Part shown: positions 42,332-54,288 of the stretch, in pieces
How positions within the stretch are numbered: the first letter of the stretch is position 1
How the letters are laid out: each line of letters opens with the position of its first letter
Assembly (NCBI RefSeq): GCF_000150275.1
Contig: NW_002060948.1
Location: 3,237,183-3,301,182, forward strand
Length of the DNA stretch: 64,000 nt
DNA from: Trichoplax adhaerens
Lineage: Eukaryota > Animalia > Placozoa
Direction of reading: 5' to 3'
Made by a program: the position numbers and the translations under genes
The notes under the pieces: model-generated
What the model was told of the DNA's origin: nothing
The model's input: only the letters and a program-made list of their open reading frames with translations
Databases searched by the model: none

Positions 42332-45300
42332 TATCGGAAATAATGATTATCTTATCCAAATTGAGACAATTAAATACTATTCCGAATCATAATGCAATAT
42401 CATAAATGTATATAATCTTCAATGATCAAGTTTAAATTTGAGTAATTTTAAGTTTCAATATCTGCTACATATTTTTCAGTGAATAACGGTAATTGTTTTA
42501 GTTAGAATTCTGCCAAGCACGTTCGAGTAAATGTACTGCTATCTCATATGGACAATCTACAGTCTACATTTCGACAGATTCTCTCTTTACTGAGCTAGTG
42601 GAATGACGCTATGTTTCAGTTGAAAGATATAATACAATTTATTTAAGTTAATAAAGTATTTACAGTTAACGGTCATCTTAATTCATGACAGTAAGTATAA
42701 TTGATAAAGATGGGTAACCTAAATTTATTGCCTAATTTGTGTCGATACCATTTTTATCTTTCTTGATAAGGAAGCAAAATTAGAGTATCGAATAATAATA
42801 TCATAACAGGCTTGAAGGATGGCTTAATGTTCATACTTGCTTATCCATCCCAATTTAACTATAGACGTAATCTAATCTAATTATAATACATAAAATAATC
42901 GTAGCTTAAAGCACGCATCAAGCTATTTTTTGAATTAATTATCTCCAACTGTTTTGACTGATTCAATATCTTTGTTATTTTAACAATAAAATCTAGTTAA
43001 TTTCTTGATAGGTTACCCTTAGAAGTGTTATAACATGGATTATGCAAAATACCAAAGCATTTTATTGATTTCATTTTCTTCCTTTTTTATTCTATCTAGC
43101 AACAACAGTGTCTTCGTTAAGTACAACCACATCTGCAATTTCAAGCAGTCCAAGTCGATTCGAGTTAAGATTAACCAGTAGTATTTATCGTAAACCATCG
43201 AGGATTACGTGTAGATCTACCTCTAGCCGACATTTAAATCTAAAGACTTTCACATCTGAGTCATAAATGTATCATTTTACCATGTAAATGAATCAATTAA
43301 AATTTTCTTGATTTTTATATGTTAGTCAGATTGATAAAGACGTCGTCGGTATGATCCAAATTGGATTATTGAGTTGAAAAAATATTTTGCTAGATGATTA
43401 AAAATTTATGGAATAATTATTATAATGGTGATATTGAATCTTTATCTACGTCCAAATTCAGATTTTATTTCGTTTTTTTTCATGAAATATTCATACAACA
43501 GCTTGTTTATCCCCAAATGTAGAAGATAATTCTCAAATAAATAAAAAATGTATTTTAAAGCAACACTCTTATGAGCTGTAGCTTAGACATGATAGCTACA
43601 GTAGTCTATTAATAATATTTATACACTCTAATGGATAAGAAAGCAAGCCAAGCATGAAATGGACTCGAACATCATAACTTCTGTTTCACAATTCACTGCT
43701 TCGTAAATATAGGATTGCGTGATTATGTCCAACTATTTCCTGATGTAGGGGGTAACTTATCAACTTTGGTCAGTGACATAACTTACAACGGATCTATTCG
43801 CAGAAATAGAAATTAATTATGTAAGTATATGCATGATTGACAGCGTCTAGTCAAATTAAAAGTTTACGTACTCGTCATAAAAATTGGGTTGATTAAGGAC
43901 AAACCAGTGAAGAGTTATTGTTTTACTTGAGTATTTAGATTAAAATGGAAACAGATTGAGCTTTAGTAGACTACTGGCTAGTAAATTTTCTTAATTTTAA
44001 TAAGTGCCAATGTACAGTAATCATCCACCAGCCTGGAGATGATGAAAATAATATAAAAATTATTGACGACTTAAATAAATCAAATTTAATACTGAAAATT
44101 TGGGAGGATTTTCTAATAATAAATGGATAATTAAGCTTCATTTTGCAACTTTTTACATAACTTTATTGAGTATACCTGTCTAATTTAGTTAATCTTAAAC
44201 TATAGACTTGTCTTACTAATTATTAATACAGAAGATGCACTATAATGAATGTAATAGTTTCAATTATTGCATACTATTTTTGTGAAAACCGTACTACATG
44301 ATAGAGTAACAAGAATATTCATATATTTAAAGTTATTGATTTCGTCGATTACATTGCTTCATGTATGAAATGATGTTGTACATTTAATGAAGCGATCGCA
44401 GGATTTGAATAGAAATAACACTCAAGGACTGCTTAAGCGATTCCCAAATTTTATCTACGGTTTCTGATAACCTATACTGATATTTCTTGTATCGTGAATA
44501 AAAATTCTAATCTACTACTTGAATGAGAAATTGAATTTTCTTTATTATGGTAATACAGGTTGAATACAGTTTTTCTGAGAAATTAGATCATTCATTTATC
44601 TACCGTTACGGCATCTAGCAGAAGAAAGAGTATAAAAAAGAACAAAATTATCGGAGCTAATGGCTTCATCTGACTCTATATCACGAATATTATTTAATTG
44701 GTTGATTGATTGATTGATTGGAGCAAAACATTCAAGAATGAAATTTTGATGAGAGCAATACAGATACTTATTACTTTTATTTGTTTTTGTTGACATTTGT
44801 TTAACACTTTGAGCATTACTTTAATGACGATGTTTATTGACTAAAATAAAATTTAAATAAACTGCATGACGTTCAATAATTTACATCGTGCAGTTTATTC
44901 AAATTTTTTATTTTGGTAATTTATTTCTCCCAGAATAAACAAATGAAAAACATATACACTGGAGGTAAGTTTTATGTATAATAGATATTAGAATGCTGAT
45001 TTGGCTAGTCGTATTAATTCTATCTGATGACACATATGCTTACAATTAGAGTATACGATATTGAAATTATAATAATCTTGATTATGCCTGATTAAATTTA
45101 GATGATAAATCTTCAATAATATTTTTTGATAGTGCAATAGCATAAAATTAGATCATTATGTTATTTATGTTTTATAAGTTTAAGAAAATCTATACATGAG
45201 ATGAAGACCTGTCATTTACTGTTTAGGCTTATTTTTGGATCTAAAATATAGTATATGCTATGCATAAAAAGTTTATATTGAAACCGTAGATTAATCATAA

Positions 45301-47203
45301 TTGTAAATTCCGTGTTATTGTCATAAGGTGGATAATATTGTATGGTCCTTTATTGTTAACCTCGTTGACTTTTATTTTCCCTCCTCAAATATCCGACTTA
45401 TCGTCATAAAGACCCAATGATGAATAAAGCAGGTTTAATATATGCGTATGTTCTCGTGAGATTTATTCTCAATTAGATACTTTGATCTTTCCATTTTTAA
45501 CTTCTTATAAAATGCAGTGTCAAGTTAAATTAGTATTTCCTCAGGCTTCCTTTTTTTCTTCTCTTCTCCGGATCTAATTGTCAATTGAACTTTTTCTAAA
45601 TTTAGCTCTTTGTGTAGTGACTGCTGTGTGAAAATTATTTCAATTAATATCAGTTCCATTGATTTAGCAAGGAAGTATAGGAGCATATAGTCTTATATCT
45701 TTGCATCCCATATCAATGTATACGTGTGTACACATCTTTATGGAATGAATCCATCCATTTCTCATTTAAAAAATAAATGATAATTTAAAGCCATTTTATG
45801 ATTTTGACTTACAGCGATATCAAATTGCTGCTAGAATTTTAATATTTCCTATATTGACAGTGATAATGGTAGTTTCGGAGATTTTAGTTATGCCAGCACA
45901 TACCTTGTTATCCATTTCGTCTTTATGCGTCATGAATATTACCGTCATTGCAGTATGAACATTTGACTTTACTAGAATGAACTAATATTGTTTATTATGA
46001 TATATAAAGTGTAACTGATCAATTTTTAGCTAGTGGCAAATCGGATGATAAAGTCATTGTATAAATAGAATATTTACTAAGTCGACAGTACAATATTTAT
46101 TTGTCGAACACATGTAAAAGGATACGTAGTACTGTAGTTGGGTTGTGCAGATGTTGTTCCATTTGCCTTTTTAGTAATTAATTAGGTAGATTTAAGATTC
46201 AAAAATAAATGTTGATAGAGATTATACACTGTATAATATACAGTATACATTATATATATATATATATATTAGCTACAATGTATTCATTGCAGCATACCGG
46301 TAATTCTTCTTGTTTGTTACAGATACATAATTTACTATCGTACTTCTTGGCATGTAGGAGTGATTTACCTAATTATTTCCTTACTCGAAATTTGATACCA
46401 TAAACAAGGCAAAGGGTGACGCAATTTTTACTATTTGTAAATGTTGAATAAAAGATATACTCACGAATTTTTGCCGTTAAAATAAAAAGAATAACTCTAG
46501 TTACAGTACAATAACGTAAAATCGAGCAACAGAATAAAATTTCACGCGGAGATTGCGGAAACAAAGTATTTTGAGTTATTTACACGAGATGCCATATAGT
46601 AGTCAGTTTAGCTCTGGCATATACAGGATGTATATACGCGTATTTCTTCATTTTGTGTGCGGGAAAGAGAGCTAGGTTGGATGGAAGGGAGATTTATTTG
46701 CCGGAGGAGGAAGAAAGTACAAATTTTTTCTTGAGAAGTCCCTAATATTTGCTATGTCGGTCAGTTTGGACTCTGCCTTGTCACTATCCTAGTGATGTCT
46801 AGCCTTGACTATAACATATCATTATTATCATTCATTGCAAATGGGAATGGCGTACGTATAATTGTATACGTATAAAGGAATTTCCAGTAGACAATAACAC
46901 TGTGTACCAAACTATTTCGGAAGTCCCTACGTACAGTATATATATATGTCACCGTTTTTCAATCAATAAAGAGAAAATACTGCCAACAGTTTCTACAGAA
47001 ACTGGAACAAGAATAAATCTACCTGCTAGACTTTTGACCAATACCATATGGTTAAACTAAGATTAGTAAGCCAGTTGGTCGTTTTCATTCGTATAGTATT
47101 GTATTCCATATTGCCCTTACCTCGATACGCGTATATAATTAGATAACATAGTACGTCCATTTGCACTTGTGCACTTAAATGTCCAGTATGTACATACTAT
47201 AGA

Positions 47204-47250
47204 GCCGATAGAGGTAAGGAAAAAAAGCTTTTTTTTCTTACCTCTATGGC
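47204..47250. repeat. Spacer-less palindrome with 20-bp arms (one mismatch) centred on AAGCTT
   Basis: ATAGAGGTAAGGAAAAAAAG (47208-47227) pairs with CTTTTTTTTCTTACCTCTAT (47228-47247). Confidence 0.9.
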
Positions 47251-47387
47251 ACATACTCATTTCTTTCATTTTTATAGATAAAGTTGGATGAAATTGGATC
47301 TACAAGAGTCTATGACAATGAGTTGAGTGCAAAACGACTGAGCTAAAAGAAAAGACCACAGCGTTCAGTCAAATCATGGCGTACAAC

Positions 47388-47517
47388 AGGCCCAGCCATA
47401 TTGATGTTGATATCTTCAATATTCAGCGTAAGCCACTTCAACAACGCCATACTTTTATTTAAGTGGAAATAGCCCCTTCCATTTTATGAAGATATCGACA
47501 TCAACATGGCTGGGCCT
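47388..47517. mobile_element. 130-bp MITE-like element with 30-bp terminal inverted repeats
   Basis: AGGCCCAGCCATATTGATGTTGATATCTTC (47388-47417) matches the reverse complement of 47488-47517 at 28/30 positions. The spacer is 70 bp. No obvious TSD. Confidence 0.55.
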
Positions 47518-47589
47518 TAGTCATGGACTACTGAAGACCATGGCCATAGTGAAAATTAGAGACCCTGTATGAGGGTTTCTAGTGAACAT

Positions 47590-47950
47590 TATACTGTATA
47601 CAGTGGTACAAGGGCCGAAGTAGTACTGTAGTGTCAATCAGTGTACTGCACCAGTGCACCGTACCAGTGGTGAGAAAAATAGATGTCATCCCAGAAATGC
47701 AAAGGAGAGTGTTAGAACTGAAGGGTTGAAAGTGGAGTTTATTATGAAACTCCTGTGGCGAAATCTGCGTATTGTCATGCTAGCGCACACTACAGTACAG
47801 TCTCTAACCCAATAAAATCATGTCGTGGGTGACATCGCTTTCGTACCTGAGTGATACAGTACTGTACTGTATACAGTAAGCTTCTCGGATCGGCCTGTAC
47901 TGCATATTAATTAAATAAATAAATTAAATAATTATAGATATTAATTATTA
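47590..47950. promoter_or_regulatory. TACAG/CTGTA island plus AT tract upstream of CLYBL
   Basis: TACTGTATACAGTGGTACA, TACAGTACAGT and TACAGTACTGTACTGTATACAGTA, followed by TATTAATTAAATAAATAAATTAAATAATTA. The ATG is at 48102. Confidence 0.65.
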
Positions 47951-48101
47951 ACCAACAACTAGCACAGTAGATTGCAAAGCAACACCTGCCAGCTATAAAT
48001 AACGATCTACCAACGTTTTACTTGAGGTATAGCAGCAGGTAAAGCAGGAAATTCTGATATCAGCAAGATAGTCTGTGCAAAAAAGAGTCGAAAGAACAAA
48101 A

Positions 48102-51100
48102 ATGAACGGTATAGCCAAATTTTCATCCATCAATTTCATGCCTGGACGTGGCCTACAGGTCGCATGTTGGCGTGGATTTCATTGTAGTCATACGATGAAA
48201 TATCATCAACGAGCTGCAGCTACTCCAAGGCGTGCTATTATGTATGTTCCTGGATATGATGATCGTAAAGCGAATAAAGCTGCAACTTTAACCATTGATT
48301 CGATCGTTTTGGATTGTGAAGATGGAGTTGCTATCAACAAAAAGGTTGGTGTCAACTACTGTATTAATTGAATATACACAAGCATTGGCATCTCCTCCTT
48401 GAAACTGAATACAGAGAGAAATAGTCAATGATCAATTGATTTATGATTTCTGCTAATTTTCCACCTCTGCCACGTACATGTTTACTAAAGTTTTTCATAT
48501 TATCCTGTAAAAATAAAATAGGATATGTGAAACTTTTGAATAGAACCTGCCTTGCAGTCTTTACGAAATAAATTGCTACAAGGCGTAAATTAGCTACAGA
48601 CTACTTACTGGCGTTCATTTAATCCTACAAGAAACATTTATGCTATAACAATGCCAGGCATGCCTAGTATGTTAACAGTACGCGTATTTTACTTAGATTA
48701 ATTCTATCTAATAGCAAAGTATACAATCTAATATCTTACGAAGTAATACAGTATACGGTAGATTAGTAATGAAATATTAATGCTAGCTGTCGTGGAGACC
48801 TTAAGTACCTCCAATCTGCTGATGATGATACCACCAGTTGCGGTTAGGAATGGTACAAACTATATGATCTGTATTATTTTTTACAAATTGTAGAACAGTG
48901 TTTACTTTTACGTCGTTTCTATTTTGAGATTGCAATTGCTACCTAACTATAGTGCTAGATGAATTTATATGGAGGAGAAGGAAGTAAACCATCTTATTGT
49001 TATGCAGTACACTTTTTCGATATAGTTGTAACGTTTCTGTAATGTAGAATGCAATATAGTTGCTACAGTGTTACTCATTTACCAGTAGTTAGATACAACG
49101 TTGGGTATCATTTTTACATGGAATAGCATTTGCTATAGCATCTGAGATAATGTTGTCGATGTTATGAAATATGAGAGGTCTGAAATAAGATAGTATGAGT
49201 GCAGCCTTATTATATCTCATTATTATAGGGTACTGTCTGATTCGCTTTAGTATCGGTTAGAATACATGAGAATGTCTTATCTCACTCTTACAAATGTTGG
49301 TAAACTTATGCATGTACGTCTAGGAAGAAGCACGAGTTAATATACCAAAATTACTGGCACGTACTGATTTCGGATCAAAAGATCGGTTTATTAGGGTCAA
49401 TTCCAGAGATACTGGACTAACTGAAGATGATGTCTCTTCTATATTGGCGTCAAATAATTTACCTGATGGATTACTTTTACCTAAAGTTAATTCGGTGGAT
49501 GATATCAATTGGGTTCGTGAATAAGTGTTGAGAATATAGCGTCGGCTTGCATATAACAAGGAACTGATTCCTTTTAATCATCCATATTTCTTAGCTTCAT
49601 ATTCCATTACGGAGATTTGTCGAAGCTATTAATAGTACACTAATGTAAAGACATGCTTGGTGTAGCTATCACTGATACTCTGGTGTTGTTTTAGTTTTGT
49701 GATTTAGCTGCCAGAAATGGAAATCTTAAAAGTCTGAATAGACCTATGATTTTAGGTGTAATGGTAGAGACGGCGATAGCAATGCTAAATTTGAAAGAGA
49801 TTACCTCTTTCAAGAGTAATACATTTGATCTACAATGTTTAATTTTTGGAGCTGATGACTTCTTGGCTGAAATTGGTGAGAGATATTTACATTGCATTTT
49901 ATCTTGTATTTCATGGATGTAAATTTTTTTTAATTCGTACCTACAAAGTTTATTGCGAGAATGTTGTACTGTAAGTGTTAATCGGAAGTATAATTATCTC
50001 GTTATCTAATCTATGATGGTACACATCATGCATGATAGGCGCTTCAAAGACAGAAAACGCTATGGAATTAATGTACGCTAGACAGCATGTAATTTTACAC
50101 GCTAAGGCATTTGGACTTCAAGCTATTGATATGGTTTATAATAATTACAAAGGTAATGTCATTATTACAATAAGATTGCCACGTTTATTATGATTTTTAT
50201 GCGGTAAAGTAATCATTATATGTAATTGTTTAATCTTCTTCTTATTTACTTCATCTATGTAGTAAAAACTAATTCCAGTGATTTGATTTTAAATGATGTT
50301 AATTACTAGACCTGATAGGTTTACAACGACAAGCTATAGAAGGTGCCAAAATGGGATTTACAGGTAGGCCATTGCAATGACGTATTTTAATCTGAAAATT
50401 GTTCGGTACCTATGGTGAGATCAATACGTGATGATTTTCTAAGAACACTATGATAAATTGCTAAATACGATATCTTAGATACCAGTTAGCAAACAAGGCT
50501 TTTTTAAATTATTACAAATGCAAGTATAGATAAGTGTTAAAGAAATATCCTTTAGGTAATTAATAAGTTTTGTACGGTACAATACTACTGTATAGCTGAG
50601 GTATCCAGACTGCAAATATTACAAAAAATTTTTTTATATTTGATTATCGAAATAATGTCGATAATTATAATAACCTATTCTAACCGTTTGCACTTGATAT
50701 ACTTTCTCTAATAATAAAAGCTAGTACTGTACAAATCCACCTTTAAAATGAATATAAGCCGTATAGTATAGCACTAGGTGACTTCTGTTAGTAACTTATG
50801 AAGATTATTATCGACTTAAATTGTACGCTTCTCTACTTAATGACATTGTTAACTTGTGAATATTATACAATGATGATGCGAATATTCAGGGAAGCAGGTA
50901 ATTCATCCTGGTCAAATTGACATTGTACAAGAATCTTTTTCGCCTTCCAAAGAGCAAATTGAATGGGCTAAAGCACTCTCCATAGCATTTGAAGATCATC
51001 AACAGCAAGGAAAAGTAAGTAACTGCTAAAATAGTTGAGCAAGCCCGGATAATACCGTAGCAGATCGATTAATTTCGGAAATTTTGAATACTACATCACG

Positions 51101-52026
51101 AAATATCATGTTTGGGCTCTTATCCTAGTCATGAAGTATCGTATCTGAAAACTTGCTCATTACTATTCTGTGATAATAGGAGTAAACTGTGCATGCCAAA
51201 AGTATAATACAATAATTCTAATGCTGTAAAAATGGCCTTTAGTAATGATAAAACAGTATGAAGAAATGCTGATAATGTACAGTGACATTCAAATTCTCGT
51301 CATATATCAACCATGTGATGTTGCAGCATATTTAGTAAAATAGATAGCAACAATATTTTGATATTGATTGCATTAGAGTTATTTAACCCAGATTTGTAAA
51401 ATGCTGTATTCAATCCAATAATCGTATACCTCCGGGTGATAATCATGGGCAACAGTTTATCATCGTAATAACAGCTACATTTTCGAATACATCTACTTGA
51501 TAACGCTGTGTTGATTCTCAACTTGACAGTGATTTTGTTAGCCCGATTTCCAGTCAGAAGACGATTGTTAAATTTAAAAATAGGCTATGTGACAGCTACT
51601 GTATAAATCTTTCTTTATACTTTAAAGGAACTATGAAAGTACTGTGCAATTGTGCAAGGAGATTTTATCGCATTAAAATGAAAAATTAGTGTAGACTGTG
51701 TGAAATCAGATTTGTTACTGTGGCCTATCATATGTGTGCGCTTTAAAATATGATAATTTTACGTAAAATATATTCCTACGTATTCTTTAAAGTCCCAAAG
51801 AACACTTAGACTGAAATACGGCAAATTTGTGTGATTATGGCATCACACATTTAATTTGATTCATTGAGTGATGTACTATTTTCTAATTGCGATATTGTTT
51901 CGAAATCTTTATTTATAGGGTGCATTCATTTTTCGCGGCCAAATGATCGATAAACCATTGTTATTGCAGGCAAACAATATTTTAAGTTTGATTAATAATG
52001 TTAATGGTAGTCATACATCGTCTTAG
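48102..52026 (+). CDS. CLYBL: Citrate lyase beta-like protein (mitochondrial citramalyl-CoA lyase)
   Basis: Exons 48102-48344, 49324-49512, 49695-49875, 50039-50152, 50310-50363, 50890-51014, 51919-52026. Motifs: PRRAIMYVPG, IVLDCEDGVAINKK, LLLPKV, VETAIAMLNL, FGADDF, HAKAFGLQAIDMV, MGFTGKQVIHPGQI, GAFIFRGQMIDKPLLLQA. The N-terminus is basic and lacks acidic residues, like a mitochondrial presequence. Confidence 0.95.
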
Positions 52027-54288
52027 GATTCTAGTAAATGATCAATGTGTAATAATTGCAATTGTTCCTAACCAGTTTATTTTTACGCCATTAATTAATT
52101 GTTCAACAAAAAATATGGTTAAGCTACTTGGGTTGTCATTTTACTATATTTGGACAAGTGATTCATTACATTAGATTGTTCTTTATCGTTTATTGTATTT
52201 GTAAATGTAGCGATATTAATATTTATGCCATGACATGAATTCTTCTATTCAATTACTGTTTGACGTTAATCTTTTTGATTTTATCCTTTAAGTTTGGGAA
52301 AGAGTTTTAATGTCAATTGTTTAAATGAAAATTAGATTAGGAGCACCCAATTTTAATTCTCGGTAGCGTTTATTTACTTTATCACAATATGCTTCATCTA
52401 TTAATTTATAGTAGGTGACAATAACGCTATCGACTTTTAATTATGTTTTACTATTTTAATGCGGCGGAAGATCTATAAATTGTTCTGTAGTTGTACGTGG
52501 TAGTGTACTACGCACAGTCTAACTAACTGTATGTAATGGGAGATACATCGTTATATACGACTAATAGTGTAGCATGAAAGCTTTATCTGTAATCGATTAA
52601 AAAATGATAAATATCGGAAAGACTCAAATAATGACTGCTATTATGATTTTACCGACCATCAACTTTGTACATTATGTAGTAGATAAATAGTAATAGATAT
52701 TTACTTTACCTACTGAAGCAATGATTTACGTGTAGTAACTCATGCTATAGGTAAATTGATGGATCGTATATCTGCTATTGTATGTCAATGACTATCCTTT
52801 AAAAATGACCAAATAAAAGCTATTTATTAGCTGCAATAGACTATGTAGCTCCTGTAGGTCACGTTGTTTGACTTTGAATATCAATGGAATAAGATATTTG
52901 ACTATTGCATGCTGATGTTGATAGCAAAATGACATATATTATAGTATTTACTGGATTTGTTAACATGATCCCTATTTGTCAGTATTCAAGCGAACTATAT
53001 CACTAGGTGCATATGGCATCAAGTTTACTTAGTTGATACATCGGAAAATTCTTTTATTGTAATGCAAACTAATCGTAATCCTATATTTACTATTGATAGT
53101 GGACGAGATATTTTCATTCAATCTTAAAATCTATTTTTGCGTACGCATATTTTATTTGATTGTAAACATCCTCGAACCGTGCTTCAACTTTGTACGAAAA
53201 GCTGTGTCTTAAATTTACAAATTGTTCCTTGCCGTAATCACACAAACTAACCTAATAGCTATTGTTAGTAAAGCTTAAATTTAATATTGTAAATCATGAA
53301 GGACTGCCTTGCTTGTTACTAATGAAAAAGTTTGAATATGAAATTTACTGGGCATAATGGCAAGTACTGTATGTAGTAGATAAATGAGCAACTACAGTTT
53401 TGTGACTGCACTATGCTCGACTATATTAAGAAGCGTATTTCATTCTATCAAGGCATATAGGCCATAGAAGTCAAGATATTACAATCCTACTAGGACATAA
53501 TTAACTACATACATGATTGATTGCTAGCACTTGCTACATTCTCGTAACATTCATCAATCATGACCGCAATAGGTCATTGTGGTAGGAACTATAGAAATCT
53601 AAATTCCATAGTGTGGCTTAATTTTGATACCTCTCACATAAAGATACTCGTGTACTGGATTTAAATAGGCAACAGTACTAAGTTATATTTCTATAGTGCC
53701 ATATAGTGATTAGTGACATGCCGTAACATATGGTAGTAAAGGAGAAGATTTTGACCGTAATGGATTGCAGACTGTCAACAACCAATCAATTGAATGCTGG
53801 CATGCAAATGGCATATGCTATCTTACTATAAGTATTTATTTTTACTTAAATAAGTACCCGAATTGTAACCTAATATCGGTCACATTTCTACTTGGCAGGT
53901 GAGTTCAACATTGATCGATTTTTACTTTGTAAAATGCTAATGACTAGACCACAGAAATGCAATAGATAGAAATATGTTTCTCCATTAGTATAGCATTTTA
54001 GAGAATCCAAGCTTTAACTTGACTAAATATTAAATAGCGTAATCACAAAAATAATCTTACTAATAAATTGATAACTGATCAACTAGCACTAACGTAATTA
54101 GAGTATTATCGATTGAATGAAAAATTAAGAGTAACTCATGTACTGAATTCTATTTTTTTTTCATAGAATAAGCAGAGGTGAGGAAATCCAAGGATTGTCC
54201 ACCTGTTGCGAATCTAATAATTATCTTCTAATAAGAAGTATCTTCGATAGATCATTTTACTAAAAGATCTTTCTTTGCCGCAAGTAGA

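Noticed and set aside
43650-43725. Minus-strand B-box-like GTTCGAGTCC with a vaguely tRNA-like upstream sequence (weaker cases near 9440 and 55620)
   Set aside because: I could not build a cloverleaf or find an A-box. At most a decayed SINE or tRNA relic; it needs tRNAscan-SE/Dfam.
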